DNA from: the human T2T-CHM13v2.0 reference genome, Homo sapiens
DNA length: 64,000 bases
NCBI RefSeq assembly: GCF_009914755.1
Contig: NC_060933.1
Reading direction: 5' to 3' (one strand)
The position numbers were made by a program, and so were the translations under genes. This document shows positions 1-15,700 of the stretch, piece after piece. The notes under the pieces were generated by a model. The model had not been told where the DNA came from, made no database searches, and saw only the letters and a program-made list of their open reading frames with translations. How positions within the stretch are numbered: the first letter of the stretch is position 1; each line of letters begins with the position of its first letter.

Positions 1-25
1 TCTTCAGATGAGGAAAGGTTGACAC

Positions 26-163
26 TAGGATTACACACTTAGCAAATAAAAATACAGAACAGAAAAATCAGTAAAATTCAAATTTCAGTTTAATAGCGAA
101 TAATTTTTTAATGTAGTTATGCCCCCAATTTTACTGGGCATCTCTTCTTATTTGACAACCCTA
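26..163. mobile_element. MER53-like MITE (hAT), internally deleted
   Basis: Starts tagga..ttagcaaataaaaatacag and ends ttatttgacaacccta, matching the MER53 termini as I recall them. Confidence 0.7.
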
Positions 164-1112
164 GTTAAGAACAAATCAAGATTCCAGAATGAAATGGGCT
201 GGAAAAGGGGGTCACAATATTCACAGTACAAATTAAATATAAACGAACATTCATATTCGAATTTTTTAGGTCTTTATGCTTTTGTGGTATGTTTTAAGAG
301 TAAATAAGAGATATTTACTAAAACCTTTATTGATGAAATTATGTAATGTTTGGGACTTGGTTCTATATAACACAGGAAGAGGGAAAGTGGATAGGGCGGG
401 ATGGGCTGTGCATTGATGGGTATGTGAAAGTTTTGTCTACTTTTGATTGTGCTTGAAATTTTCCATAGTAAAGGAAAATAAAATGTGCGTGTGTGTATGT
501 GTGTGTAAGCCATGCCTTTAGGTTTAAAAAACTTATCATCTAAACATCTCAAATGTCCAGTGACCGAGGACTTGTACAAGGGCATGAGAAGAGGCTACAG
601 ATGGAGGCAGGGGCTTGTGAGCCATGCTTGGAGTTGTGGACATCTTTGTTCCTTGATGGCATATTTATCATCTTGATATTTATCTTTACCATTTGGTAGA
701 GCAACGCAAGAGAGTTGCAGTTAGTTCCTAGACTCTAGGAGTACAGGAATCTCTAGGGAAGGTTCAGGAATTGGAGGCGATGGGGGAGTAGAGAGGGATA
801 ATGCTTTACTTGATGGCCAGCCTTTTGAAAATGGCTAAACACAAAACAAAATAGACTGTTGGATTAGGTCAGAATAATAAACATTCCACTTTTTAATGTG
901 TTCTTGGTTTTTACAAAACAGATCTCTTTCAATGATTCGATTGAAACCCTGGGAAATTAATAAGTTGAGTCTATAGTCTTTTAAGTCAGCATAGGTCTAG
1001 CTTCTCAAGCAGGTGAGCTGTCAGTAGCTGGGAGCACTCAGCCTCTGGCATGGTTCCAGGCAGAGTTATTTATTGATGGACATCTTTAATGATTTGCTTT
1101 TTTTAATCCCAG

Positions 1113-1156
1113 GATTTCCTTCAAATGCTACTGGAGAACATTCCAGAAGAAAAAAG
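1113..1156 (+). CDS. AOPEP: AOPEP internal coding exon, 44 nt, phase 0->2: DFLQMLLENIPEEK(R)
   Basis: Acceptor tttttttaatcccag|GAT and donor AAG|gtaagg. It joins 12722 in frame, and the peptide is recognised as aminopeptidase O. Confidence 0.95.
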
Positions 1157-1534
1157 GTAAGGACCAATTTAGGAATTTTGGAATTAAGAGCCCAGTTTTA
1201 ATGTTAAAAATGACATTGCCATTGGTTGGCTTGTCACAGCCTAGAAAGCTCAGTCTTTCTGTCTAATAGAGGCAAGGACCTAGTTCTGCCAGTGGGAGTA
1301 CAGGATCATCAGCCAACCTTTGGGATGAGCCCCAGTGGATATTGGGAGCCAGTGTGCACGACTGAAGATCCCCAAAGTCAGGAGCCCCAAAAGTGATATG
1401 GGAGGCAAGCCAAGCGCAATCTGTGGCCTTTGCTGCTGCGGAAAGAATGGAAGAGAGGAAGGTTAGAAAACTCAGGGTAGCTCTAGTTAATGTGGCTTAA
1501 TGCAAGGAAATACTGTTTAATTAAAAGAAAAAAT

Positions 1535-2130
<596 letters not shown>

Positions 2131-2254
2131 TAATGATTGGTGTAGATAAATTATAATCCTCTGTGTATCAGGCACTGGATCCAGGATCTAGATACAGAAA
2201 TCATTTAACTCTTACTACAGTGCTGTTCAGCATCATCATGATAGTGATTATTAT

Positions 2255-2465
2255 AAGCCAACACTGAAGTTGAGCACATACAGACACTCATTTAATCCTC
2301 AAAACAACACTATTTGGTCCATGATGTTTTTATCCCGATAATACCAACAAGAGGACCAAGATACTGAGAGGCTGAGTAAGCTGCCCAGGATCTCACAGCT
2401 GTATGCAGCAGGCTGGGATTTTAGCCCAAGCAGTCTGGCTCTAGAACCTATGCTCTTATCTACTT
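2255..2465 (-). mobile_element. MIR
   Basis: tcatttaatcctc...actgagaggctgagtaagctgcccagg...cagtctggctctaga is antisense MIR core. Confidence 0.7.
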
Positions 2466-2759
2466 TGTTACAAATGGGGAAACTGAGACTCCAAGATCAC
2501 TCAGCAAGCAAAACAGCATAGATGGAATTAGGCCCATCTGGATCTGGCCCGTGTTTTTTCAGTACACTGCTCAGCACCAGCTCACTGCCCTGGAAGGAGG
2601 GAGATTCTCATTTTTGGAGGTATCCAGTTTTAGGCTGGCTGACCACCGACAGGGTTTGCAGAGGGGTCTTAGAACCAATGTTTGGGGTTAAAATACGCTC
2701 ATTCCAACCCTCTCCTAATTTCCTATCTTGATTTAGGCGTTAAAAAGTGAATACCCTGA

Positions 2760-3061
<302 letters not shown>

Positions 3062-3534
3062 AACATAATTTCTAATAGCAAAATTGGTATTCAAACATTA
3101 AACGGAGGCATCTTGAGAAATTAAACATTTTTTGAAGAAGAGTTAACATTGCTTGCCTCATTTCTGACCCACAGTTTTAGCTATGTTTTTATGCATGGAA
3201 CAGATTTCCAAGTGTGGAAATGAATTCTTTGACACAGACATAGACTTAGATTCATGCAGGGCCAGTAACCTCCATGTTGATGAGACTGTCTTATAGGCAG
3301 TGTGAATTGGGTGTCTCCAGGGTACAGTGTCAGGGCTTATGCTACCAGACTAGGTGGAGGAGATGACATGCAGATTCAGGAGAGGATCCAGGGCTCATGA
3401 GGACGTGGAGGTTTTGTTCTAAGCATTGGGTTTTTGTTTGGCTTTTTCTGTGTAAACTTCTCTTTCACCTTCCATTCAGAATGGCTCCAAATTCTTTCTT
3501 CAATAGTGGAAGTATTATTGTTAGTCAGGTTTTT

Positions 3535-3785
3535 CAATACTTAATAGTGGTCTGTATTTGTGGGTGCATGTGGTATTTTGGTGCATGCATACCATGTGGA
3601 ATTATCAGACCAGGGCAGCCGGGACATCAGTCACCCCAGACATCCACCCCTTCTTTATGTTGGGAACATTTCACTTCCTCTCTTCCAGCAATTTTGAACA
3701 ATGCAACAAACTACTGTTAGCTTTAAACACCCAACTGTGCTATCAAACAGTAGATCTTACTTCACTAATGTGTTTTTATGCCCAC
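3535..3785 (-). mobile_element. L1MA-type 3' end fragment
   Basis: gtatttgtgggtgcatgtggtattttgg...ttctttatgttgggaacattt...ctgtgctatcaaaca resembles an antisense L1MA 3' UTR. Confidence 0.7.
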
Positions 3786-5049
3786 TATACACACACATTA
3801 AGCAAGCCAGGCATCATAAAGGATTAACATACACATATTTGATACATTTCTTTGTTTCTACCTTTTCATGTTCATTCCTTTTGATGCTGAAGAAATCTTA
3901 TGCAGGGAGATTGCGTGGGGCCTTAGAAATTGGCCAAGATTTCCAAGGCCCCACGCAGTCTCCCTGGATAAAACTTTGTCTAAGTGTTTCAGGAGGCTGC
4001 TCAAAGGAAATGTGGCTTGTTTTGGGAGGTCTGAAATGTTTTCAGATTTGCTGTCTTGAAAAAAAAAAAACAGACATATGGGATTTCTTCATGCAAAAAT
4101 CCCATCACATGTGGCTGTTAAGATCAAGAAGACAGTTTACCTGCAGGATATATTTTTTCCTTTTCTTCGTACCTACCCCGGAATAACTTTTCAGGTCCTC
4201 TCACAGAATGAAGCAGTTTCCTTAGGAACTAAAACCGAGAAAAAAAGAAAATTAATAGAAATGGTGTATTACTTTCTTAGACTGTTACCAAAGTCTGTTT
4301 CTGAGTGGTGACTATGCATTCTTTCAAAAGAACTTCTTAGGGCATAAATATAGTAATTTTCACTGAAGCAATAAAGTGCATTTTTAGTTTTGGAGGTCTC
4401 TCTTTTAATCCTCTTCCTAATAAGGTTATGGAGTTCATTTGGATGGCCCCTGAGCCCTCTGGCTCTGGGGGAACCTGGATTTTATCATTGTGAATATTTA
4501 TTGAGGCTGCACACTGAGCCCACAAAGAGACTTTTGTTGTTGTAATTGTGGAACTTAAGAGCAGTGTCCCTGTCTTAATGGTGGCCCCCAATCACCAATC
4601 ACATGCCTTTTGATAGGATACCTCTCCCGGTTAGGATCGTGTTTTGTCTAGCAGGCTTAAGCTTCTTTTTAAAAAAATCTCCTTAAAAGCTAAGGAGATT
4701 TCATTTTTACAATGAATCGATTTCAGCAGGTATACCAGAATATATTTTGAAATTCAAAATCTTTTTGCCTGCTAACTAATCTCAGAATCTAGTTCAGCTA
4801 TTAAAACAGACTGTTTACCCTATTAGTTATGCGACATATTGTACCAATTTTATCTAGGTCTCCAAAGGCCCCACACCTACCCCCCGGAGCCTCTAATCTT
4901 TGGCCTCTGTTGCAAACTGATCCTTGGGCACATCTGTTAGGCACGTGAACTGTTCTGATGAGGCAAGGTTTTTCAGATTAGACCAGTCTGTCAGTGTTCA
5001 GGGGCCGGCACTCTCTAGGCCTTACTGCCTTTGCATTGTTCTCTTGCTT

Positions 5050-5560
5050 TGATTTACTCAACATTCTCTATTGAGCATCTCCCATACCAGGCTTTGGGCT
5101 GGACACTGGGGAACCTAGAGGAATAAATCCCATGAGTAGCCCTAGGAGGCTCCTAGCCGACTACTGAAGACAAAACAGAAACAAGTCATTATGACTCCAT
5201 GTAGGAAGTGCTCTGCTGAGGTTCAGAGTCCTGGGGACACAGAGAGGGTCCATCAGTCCCAGCTCTGAGCCTTCAGGCACCTGTACCTCTAACGGGCTTA
5301 AGGAAGGCAGTGCCGTCAACAGATTGGAAAGACACCTGCCGAGGGCAGTGTGGCCGAGGGCAGTGTGGCAGAGAGATGGGGGCGGAGAGGACTGGAAGCC
5401 AGGAAAACAATTAGAAACCAATAGAGCGGTTCAGTCAAGAGACCTGGAGAGGTGGAGCTATGGCAGGGACGGTGACCGTGGTGGTGGGTTTGAGAGTAAA
5501 TAACGGCCAAGGCATACTTTAGAGTTGCCACAGAAAAGACTTGGTTGACTGGTTGTGAAA
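5050..5560 (-). mobile_element. Degenerate L2
   Basis: tattgagcatctcccataccagg...ggacactgggga resembles the antisense L2 3' end, followed by a purine-rich body. Confidence 0.5.
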
Positions 5561-6010
5561 GTTGAGTCCGACCTTTCTTTCTTAGCCACTAAGTCACACT
5601 CTGAAGTAGCAGTGGAAATGCAGGAGGGCAGGTGTTTGGGGAGTCTGAATGGGGCAGAGGGAGTGAAAGGGACGAGCGTTGGAAGGCAGAAAGATGCTGT
5701 CAGGTAAAACTAAAAGGGCTCAGAAGAAAACCCAGACAATCCTGAGCAGCAGTCTCTCCTGGTGAAAGAGCCCCGTGGAACGCCTTATGCCAGTGTCCTT
5801 GCTGCCTGGTGTTCCAGTGTTAGTAACAGCTGCCACTTCTTTCCTTGCCCATCAGTTACTGTGTTTGTGTGTGCATGTTCCTGTGTTTGTTTTAATCTAA
5901 TACTGTTCCTCCCCCACGGAGCTACACAGTACTTGTTTTATAAGTGTGACCTCAGCAATCTTTATTATCTACCCAAGCACAAATGAATGTTTTGATCAAG
6001 AAAATAAATC

Positions 6011-6374
<364 letters not shown>

Positions 6375-7996
6375 CTAAATGTAAACATCGACACAGATGT
6401 AAATTGAATTCCAGAAAAGGGCATTTTCCATTCCAGACCCTGAGCTCTGCAGTTTCTGCTGCCTTACCTCTATCTGGCTGCACTTCCCAATTCTTTAAGT
6501 CTGTCATTTAGTTCATGTGAAAATTGCTGGGGCTGTGTGCTTCCCTTCAGAGGCACTGACAGACTGTGATCTTTAGGATCTCAAGAGCTGAAGACAGGAG
6601 CCAAAAGTGATGAAGACATTTCTCTTGATCAAGCAACATGTTGATAGGCACAAGTAGCAGATCCATCCTATAATCCCCATTCTTGTCATCCCACCTTGGA
6701 AATCAACTGAGCGAGCAAATACAGGCATGGGCAACACCGTCTTCACACAAGCCTGTTGATTTATTTTAACTTCGTAAAGAGATGAACAATTGGTTACTTT
6801 CTGGCTTTACACACAGCTTGTTTTTCTAACCAGTATCATGCCAGGTGGTCAGCATATTCTCTCCCCTGCCGTGTTAACTAAGTGTGACCAAATTTATAGC
6901 TCCGAGGAACTGGAGACCATTGACACTCAGAGTCGCCCTATAGGATGTGGGGGTGCACCAGGGAACAGCCAGCCAGAGGGCAAAGCCACCTGCTGTTCCT
7001 CATACCCAGGAGGCCCAGGGCTAAGGCCTGGGTTTCAGTACTGAGGCGGAAAGTCCGCGCTCACTAGTACGGATACGCAGGACTCGCAGTCATGGGTCTG
7101 TGTACTTTTAGCTCTCTGTATAAAATCAATTTCCATAGTGATCAGACATGCAGAAGAGTAATTTCCTGTAAGTTCTAGGTCCTGGCTAAGTGGAAATGCT
7201 TCTGCTTGTCTGTTGCGATTATTTAAGCCACATGACCTCAGAGGGAAAAAATTCACCGTTGGCTTGGATTCTGAATATCTTGATTTGAAAAAGTCAGCTT
7301 TTAGTTTAACCACTGTATAAATCCAATCCCAGACCTAAAAATTCACCTGCAGTGTCATTTCAATAATTATGCTCCAAACAGCAGAACCTGCACACATGTC
7401 ATCTTTCTTCCTGAGACCTACATCCTGTTTCTTCCCTGAGCTACCTGCATGCTATGTTCTTTCTGCAACATATTAGTCCATTTCTTTGCTGAAAATTAAA
7501 CATTGTCCTATGGTGTCCCATGATTCCTTGGGAGATAAGGCCACTCATAGTACCTTAAAAATTTTTGTTAGCAGCTGGAATTAATGCTTTCATCTTTCTC
7601 TCATAATTTAACATCTTATTCCACATTAACAATCCCCAAATAGGGCATGATGCAGTGTGATGTCGACACTGATACTGGAAGTTTAGAAATCTGGATTTTT
7701 TTCCTTTGCTGACTTGGGTCAGAGTCCTCCTATGCTCCTGTGCTAAGAAGCCACACAACAGTGGACACTCACTTCACAGGGATATTATGAGAAATGAGTA
7801 ATGGTTATAAGATGCTTCGAACCTTTCCAAAGAAAAGTGATCTGAAAACACACGTTCTCTTCATTCACGGAGAGGGCCTTTTGCCTCTGGATGCAGCTCA
7901 CTGACGAGCTCTCCTGCTCCCACACTTTTGCCCCTCCCAAGGGTCTCCTGATCTCTTCAGAAATGTAACCGAAGGGTTGACAAACAGGGCAACCAC

Positions 7997-8045
7997 GCAG
8001 GAGCCAGGCTGTCTTCAGCAGGAGCCAGGCTGTCTTCAGCAGGAG
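7997..8045 (+). repeat. 21-bp perfect tandem duplication (gcaggagccaggctgtcttca)x2.3
   Basis: Read directly from the sequence. Confidence 0.9.
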
Positions 8046-8149
8046 AGATTAGTGAGAGGGGGAAGTCGGCATGGTTTGGAGCAGGCACAGGCCCACCCCT
8101 TCTGCCAGCTTGTCAGTTCCATAGTAGAAACCCATGTGTCATGAAGCCT

Positions 8150-8710
<561 letters not shown>

Positions 8711-8949
8711 CTTCTAGTTTTATGCCTTTTCTTGGCAGTGGATAGAGGACTTTTTATTTGTTTCACTTTTAGTGCCACGGTAGAATAGTGTCTGTGTGTG
8801 CAAGTACTAACTATGTTAAAGCAGAATTTGCCAATGAACTAACCCTCTGAGTTGGCCGAAGACTGTGGCACAGGCAAATTGTATGCAGCCACATGCTTCC
8901 TACGGAAAGTCATCCTGCAGAGATTCCTGGGGCCCACTATCTGCACAGT

Positions 8950-9510
8950 GTCTCCCAACCCTGCAGCTGGACTGCTTCAGTGCTGCCCTGCAGATCCGTC
9001 CCCTGCACGCCACATCCATGTGGGCCGCTCTCGTTGCCTCCTGCAGAAACATTCTGCAAGTTCTGGTGTGGTCTCCCTGCCTCCAGCCTCTTCTCCGCTT
9101 TTTCTTCCTTGACTCAGTTCTCTGCCGTGTCCCTCTGCAATTTTGCTCCAGAGCCTCCTTGACAAAGGCAGGGCCCGGTAGCAGGGACTGCAGAGTCCCC
9201 GCAGGACCCGCTGTTTTCTTTCTCAGCTCATTCTGGAGGCCAGCCCCACTGAGCTGAACGGAGTCTGCACACTACTGCACTGGCATTCCTGCTCCTGCTA
9301 TCTTTGCCCCGATGTGCTTTTCTTCCATTTCTATTGGCTTTGCCCCACCAGGACCCAGTCATGCATGGCCTTCTTAGGAAGCCTCTCCTGATGCACCTCC
9401 TCTTGTCCTGTTTTACCTATCCCACCTGCAGCAGTGGTTCTTCAACACCTAGAGGACCATCATCTCTACAGGCGCTGGTAGCATTCTGCCTGGTGTCTAT
9501 TACACATCCC
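8950..9510 (+). mobile_element. Degenerate L2
   Basis: Pyrimidine-rich with L2-like phrases (ggtctccctgcctccagcctc, ccttcttaggaagcctctcctga). Confidence 0.4.
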
Positions 9511-9959
9511 TAATCCACAGTCACTCCCTGGGTTTTCCCATCCCAGCCTTCCACAGAACCTTTGCCCAGCAGCCATCCAGCGAATGTTTGCCACATAGAG
9601 AATGTTGCCTGTTTTTCAGTCTTCTCTGGTGAAGACTTTGGACCTCACTTAATAACATTCCAGGGCTCAACTCCCCAGCCCCCACTCCATGCCACCCCTA
9701 GAGAAGCATCTGTAAGTGAAAATTCCCCAAAGGAAATTTATGTCCGTGTCTTCATATTCACTCCCCCATGCTGATACACAACAGCTGTTCACTGTCTTTT
9801 GTAAAATCACTCAAAAATAGCAATTAAGTCGCTCCTCGGACTTCTCTTCTCTGGGATATTTAACCTCAGTTCCCTTTACCTCCCTTGTGGGCTCTTCCCC
9901 TTTTGATCGTCACTATTGCTCTCTCTAAGTCCTTTCCAAATTCTGCATCTTCCTCTTAA

Positions 9960-10321
<362 letters not shown>

Positions 10322-11729
10322 CAGAAGTCAGCCTCTTGCTCTGGCTTTCCTGAGGATCGCTTGAAGGATGGGTGAAAGGAGCTTTGGGCTCAGGGTTCTG
10401 GGCACAGAAACGTCCCTCTCTGGCTGGAAAGGAAGCCAGTGAAGGACACTTTCCTACCTGTGCACAAGTAAGCTTGAAGTTGCTTTATTTTCTCATGAAA
10501 TGTGTGAAGATGGAGGTAAGACAGATTTTATAAAGTGCATTGAAAGCAAGGCTGCCCAGTGGAAGGCCTATTCTTGGTGGGTATGAACGCACTGTCCCCA
10601 CCTTATCTGCTGCTGGACATGCCCCTGGAGAGGATAGTTCATTTGGTGGAGGGGTCAGGTTCCTGCCTGCAACCCGGAGCAGCCCTGGGCTTTCAGAGCT
10701 TGTGGAGGCTTCTGCAGTACTCTATGTCACCTGCCCTGATTTAGAGGCACAGGCCTGTTTTCTTCTCGGATCTTCTTCATTGGTGTTTCTCTCTAGCTGG
10801 TCAGTTAGCCCCACTGCTCTGGCAAATTGCTACTGCCCATTAAGGGAATCTCCAGCCTCTCTCCCAGGTAAATAAAGCTTAAAAAAGAACAATGACCTCA
10901 TAGAAGGTGCTCTGAGAGCTTCCTCCTCTCTTCAAGTCTCCCCTGCCTCCACCACACACACACGGATACACATGCACACATCCATGCATGCGCACACTCC
11001 CACACTCTCATAGCTTACAGGGGGACTTGGCCATTTGCGCTGAAGCTGATGCTATGAAAATGACCACTAAGAAGCAGTGGAAGGCCCAGCGATGGTGGCA
11101 CAGGCCTTTCTGTGAGGTCTGCCCGGTAATTCCACTGAGTCTGGGACCCTGGAGGACCTAGAGAGGTAGTCCCCTCCCCTTCTCTTGCCTGCTAATCACA
11201 CAGAGGGCCATCATCTTTCATATGAACTCAAAGCCCTTTTTCTGCATAAGCCCTCTTTCCCTCCATGAACTTTTTCTGTTTTGAAATAGCAATTGCCTTT
11301 TTAAGCAGCCTTTCATTTTGCCCTTGGCTAGGGAGGACGAGGGGCACCAGTGAGCGACCAATAGGGGGAAAGAAAGGAAGAGAAAATCAGTCAGTCCCCT
11401 TTTCCTCCAGCCCTCCCAAAGCCAACCCCTCCTTCCCTCCCTACCTCACTACTTCCCCGTCTGCAACACCACCCACCCACAGGGTCGCAGAGGGGTGCAC
11501 TTGGCCTTCCAGCTCCTTAACAGTGTGTGTAACACTGTATCTTTTCATAACTTCTAGAATTCCAAAAGGGAGGGAGAGAGCAGGTATATAGTTACATACT
11601 TTTACATATGATGTAGTGTATAATACATTAAAATTTAAAAGAGGCAGAGCTTAACAACTTGGAAGTATCTTGGTGGAAAGGTGAATATTATCTTTAAAAG
11701 GAATGATTTTAATGAGTCTACAATTAAAT

Positions 11730-12050
11730 GTGCGTTCATTCATTCAAAAAAAAAATGAGGATCCTCTTTCATACCAGGGATCAGATCTCAGATGGTTTCA
11801 ATCCAACGAGGAGACAGTAACTAAGTCTAGTAGTCGAACAAATAGTCACAAACTCGGGTGGAGGCTGTGAGGCAGAGAACAGGGCGTGTGACAGATGTTA
11901 TGGCACTGGGGAGGCCTTGCTTCAGTCTGGGAGGAGGTCAAGAAAGGCCTCTCTGTAAGCAGAGATCCTGGGTATGAGCAAGAGTTACCTGGAAGAGGTT
12001 GAGGGGATGGGTGTGCTTTAAGCTGCATTAGCCAAGGAAGACAAAAGGAC
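11730..12050 (-). mobile_element. L2 3' fragment
   Basis: ttcattcattcaa...gaggaggtcaagaaaggcctctctg. Confidence 0.5.
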
Positions 12051-12384
12051 ACAGCCGGAGATCTGGTGATCCTAAATATACTGAAGACTTAGTGATTTTA
12101 AGGAGTACTCAAGTCAGCGGGGCATGAAAGCAAAATAATTTCAGCTGACTTTAGATTGGACATATCAAGCAATGATAACACCTCAAATAAAGCAGAACGG
12201 GGCCCGGTTGAAAGGAGACAGTGGAAGTGGTCCTCATTCCTTGCACCTGAGCCTCTCTGTGGTCTGATAGTGATTTGTATTATTTTTGCTTGTTGTAGTC
12301 CATCTTTCCTATAAAGTGCAGATTTCGTGTTGACGCACTCAATGCCATGATGTTCAGATTTCACTTTGTTTCACTACTCTCCAG

Positions 12385-12603
12385 GAAGCAGCCATGCCTG
12401 ATGTGTGCGATGAATATGCCTTATCCTCCCGAAACTGGCTTTCCCAACCAAATAGTTCCTTTCAAAGCACTGAAAGCACCCATGATGCTGTGCCTGGGTC
12501 CTTAGATTTCATCGTGCATGTTGCTGTGGGTGAAGAGGAGCGGTCTCATGTGACTGGGCTCCCTTCCACACTTCAACCCAGGGGAGCGCTGCCCTTTCTG
12601 TAA
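12385..12603 (+). other. Candidate alternative 3' splice site / exon extension 337 nt upstream of the 12722 acceptor
   Basis: Acceptor tcactttgtttcactactctccag|GAA. The phase-0 frame is open to TAA at 12603; the phase-2 (canonical) frame stops at TAG 12503-12505. Confidence 0.4.
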
Positions 12604-12721
12604 AGCACGGGCACTTCTGGAAGATCGATGCTGTGATGTACCCAGTTAGAGAGAACCAGTCTGTGTAATAAGCGCTCTGTAACTTTTTAATCCTTTACTT
12701 TTTGTTGTTTTATTTCTAAAG

Positions 12722-12782
12722 GCTTGAGCTGTCTGTTGAAAACATCTACCAAGACTGGCTTGAGAGTTCCGGAATACCAAAG
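12722..12782 (+). CDS. AOPEP: AOPEP internal coding exon, 61 nt, phase 2->0: (R)LELSVENIYQDWLESSGIPK
   Basis: Long U-rich tract ending ttctaaag|G and donor AAG|gtaact. Its phase complements the 44-nt exon, and the DWLxxxGxP motif is typical of M1/LTA4H-like aminopeptidases. Confidence 0.95.
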
Positions 12783-15700
12783 GTAACTCAAGATAACCAC
12801 TTTGGTAGAATCCATGGAGAGTAGTAAAGCTTGCTGCTTAGCACATCAATCATGACAGTGATTTCTTAATATATGTGTAGGAAAGTAATTATCTTACTGA
12901 GTGCAAGTATCTGTAAGTCAGAACACTAGTCTCTCCCGCATTTCCCCCCCTCATTGTGGGGTGTGCCTCTGGCCACTTTCAAGTGACCGTGGTATACGTG
13001 GAATTGATGGTAGCTCCTGAACTCCCTGCTAAATGAGACCCTGCAAGACGTGGGGTAGATTTTGGGTGGAACCACCAGCCAACAGTTCCATGCCCCGTGG
13101 GGCAGGTGGTGGGGGGGCAGGTGGCAGGGGAGCAGGTTGAGGGGGAGCAGTCAGCCTCCAGCTCTGCTCTTTGGATGCGGCCCAACACAGGAGTTGGTTT
13201 GCTGCCGCCGTCGTCTGTCCTGCCCCATGGTCCCTGTCCCTTGTTTCCCTGACACGCCTGTGGCTCCCTCGTCTCCTGGTTCTGCATTGGGCTCCTGTCT
13301 CAGGCCGGCCTTCTCACCTGGCTGACCCATTTCCATTCATTTCTCTGTCTTAGGGACCTGGGCTCATCCCAGCTGGAGATTGTTGTTCTCTCCCTCCCTT
13401 TCAGTCTATGGGCAACTCTAAGGGAGAAACCTTTTCCTGGCCAGCCCTAGCTCTGTGGAAATCACCTGGCCTGGAGCTCCTCTCCCCGTCCACTCTCCTC
13501 TGGCCCTGTGCCTCCCAGAGACCATTGGACAGCCCAGGCCCCTTCGCCAAATCAAATGCTGGCCATGGCAAGCCTAGGCCCTGGGAAGTCTGAGGGTGGG
13601 ATCCCAGATGCGCGGTCAGAGGACCCTGCAGGCTGGGAGCTCTCTCAGTCTGGGGCAGCCCCCAGAGCGGCTGCAGGCTGGGCCTGACCCAGGGTCATGG
13701 GCCTTGGCATCTGGGGGCGGTCCCGTGTGGTGAGGCAGGCCCTGTAGCCTGCTGGTTTCTGGTTTCATGGCTGGTTACATGAGCTTCCCCTTAGGAGGGT
13801 CTCAATGTCAGTGAATGTCTGTGAACCATGAAATGAAGGGACAGGAGGGGCTGTTCTCCATTACCTTTTCATCCCCCTCCTCACATCTTTGTCCATTTTC
13901 ACCACAGGGGAAATGTCAGCCATCAGCAACCATAAGCTCATTCCTAAAAAAGGACAGTTTGCCTTCAGTTCAGGAATGTGTGTCACCTGTTACAAATTAT
14001 TTCTTTGGTCCAGTCCTTCTGGGAGGAAAAAAGAAAAAACATCCCGAGTTTTACAAATAAAACAGACCAGGGGTAGGACAAGGCAGTGCGTGGTTGGGGG
14101 CAGCGCCTTTCACTCACGTGTGTGACAATGAGGGCCCGTGAGCTCTGAGACGGTGACTTCCAAACCAGACTACTCACTGAGGACAAACATCCAGGAAAAA
14201 CAAGTTAAGGTTTGTCTAGGTGTGAATAACCAACCCTTTTCCTTCATGTTTCAGATGGGAGTGCAGGTGGTGGGGGACATTTGCTGAAGTTTGCCTTGTG
14301 ATCCTAAGCCAGGCTGTTACAAGGCTCCCAGACATTCTTAGTGTGGCCTGGAAGCTGGGAGCTCCAGTAACTGGCTCCCAAATTTCCTGGCCTGGAACAA
14401 GAAGGCTGCTGTTTGCAGCCATTAGCCCCTAGGGAGGGGGAAAGAAAGAGACCTTAATCCAGTGCCCAGAAGCAGGCGCACTCCACTTAGGCTGTGGTGC
14501 TGGGGCTGGCTCTCTCACTGCCGGGGGCTCTGTAATTTCCCCTGCAGAGGAGGAGGCTTTAGCTGCCAGCAGGAGGCTTTTGGTTTTCATTAAAAGAGGG
14601 AGGGGTCTGTGGCAGGGAGAGATTTGCCTCTGAGCTATACATTTTTTCCAAAGGTCTAGTTGCATTAGTGACAGCTTATAGTGTAGACAAGAATCTCTGC
14701 TATAAACTGAAGAAACCTGCTGTCAAAACAGCCAGGTGCAATGAGGCCAACCGGCTATAAATTGTGTTTAAGACCCAACTGGTATTTCCTTGGGTGCTTC
14801 ACTGTTCAGTAAAAACAACAGGGTCAGACAGAAAAGACCCTGATTTAGCGCATGATTGGTGGGTGATCAGATGGTGTCTTTGCGTCTCTTCTACCCATTT
14901 CGGCCATGATTTCTGCGGCTGCTGCTGATTTATCTACTCTCAGCCCCTTTCCCACTCCTTGAGAGTTCCTTGCCGTTTCCACTTCACTGAAAGGCTCTAC
15001 AAGGACCTGGGACCCTCCGGTTGCAGGAGGCTTGTGGTGAATGGGACACCTTGTTCTTTGTCCCCATCATTATAATATAAAGTTACTAGGATGCTTGCCC
15101 TGGAATGACAACCAGGGCCCTGAAATTGCTCTGATGCTCTTTGTTCTCGTAAAAATTTCTGTCTACCAGCAATTGAAGTCATTCATGACAAAAGAGTCAT
15201 GTTCTACTGGTGGAGTTTTCATTCCACAGGTTACAGAGGCTTTTTGTCTTCTCTCAGGAAGACTTGCCTTGTGGTTGGCCTCGATTTTCCTTTTTGGCTA
15301 CGTTGAATGGAAATCATTTTTAAAAAGTGGAAATAGCTTCAGTAAAAGTGAGCATGAGCCCTGAAGAAGCAAAAGAAATTGGATCCTAACCTCTTTAAAG
15401 AATATCCCAACTCTATAACCTCTGGCCTTACAAAGAGATTTAAAATTGATTGTACCATCAGTACTATAGATTATTTCCTTTTATGACTTTTTTTTTGGTT
15501 ATAGAAGAAGTACACATTTACTTTGGGATATAAAAAAGTCTAAGAAAATAAAAATGACCCAGAGACAATTTTTTATGTACATCCTTTCACTCATTGTTCT
15601 GGGTATATAAATACATATTTTACGTTTTCCTTTCTCTCCCTCTTTAAAAGTAAAAATAACATGCCCTCCGTAGCAAATTCAAACAATAGCAAAATAGAAA

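Noticed and set aside
26-163. MER53 as a possible miR-1302-type hairpin
   Set aside because: Most of the right arm of the palindrome is deleted, so the long stem cannot form.
8852-9513. Stack of overlapping ORFs up to 130 aa
   Set aside because: They fall in pyrimidine-rich, degenerate L2-like sequence with no protein similarity or exon structure.
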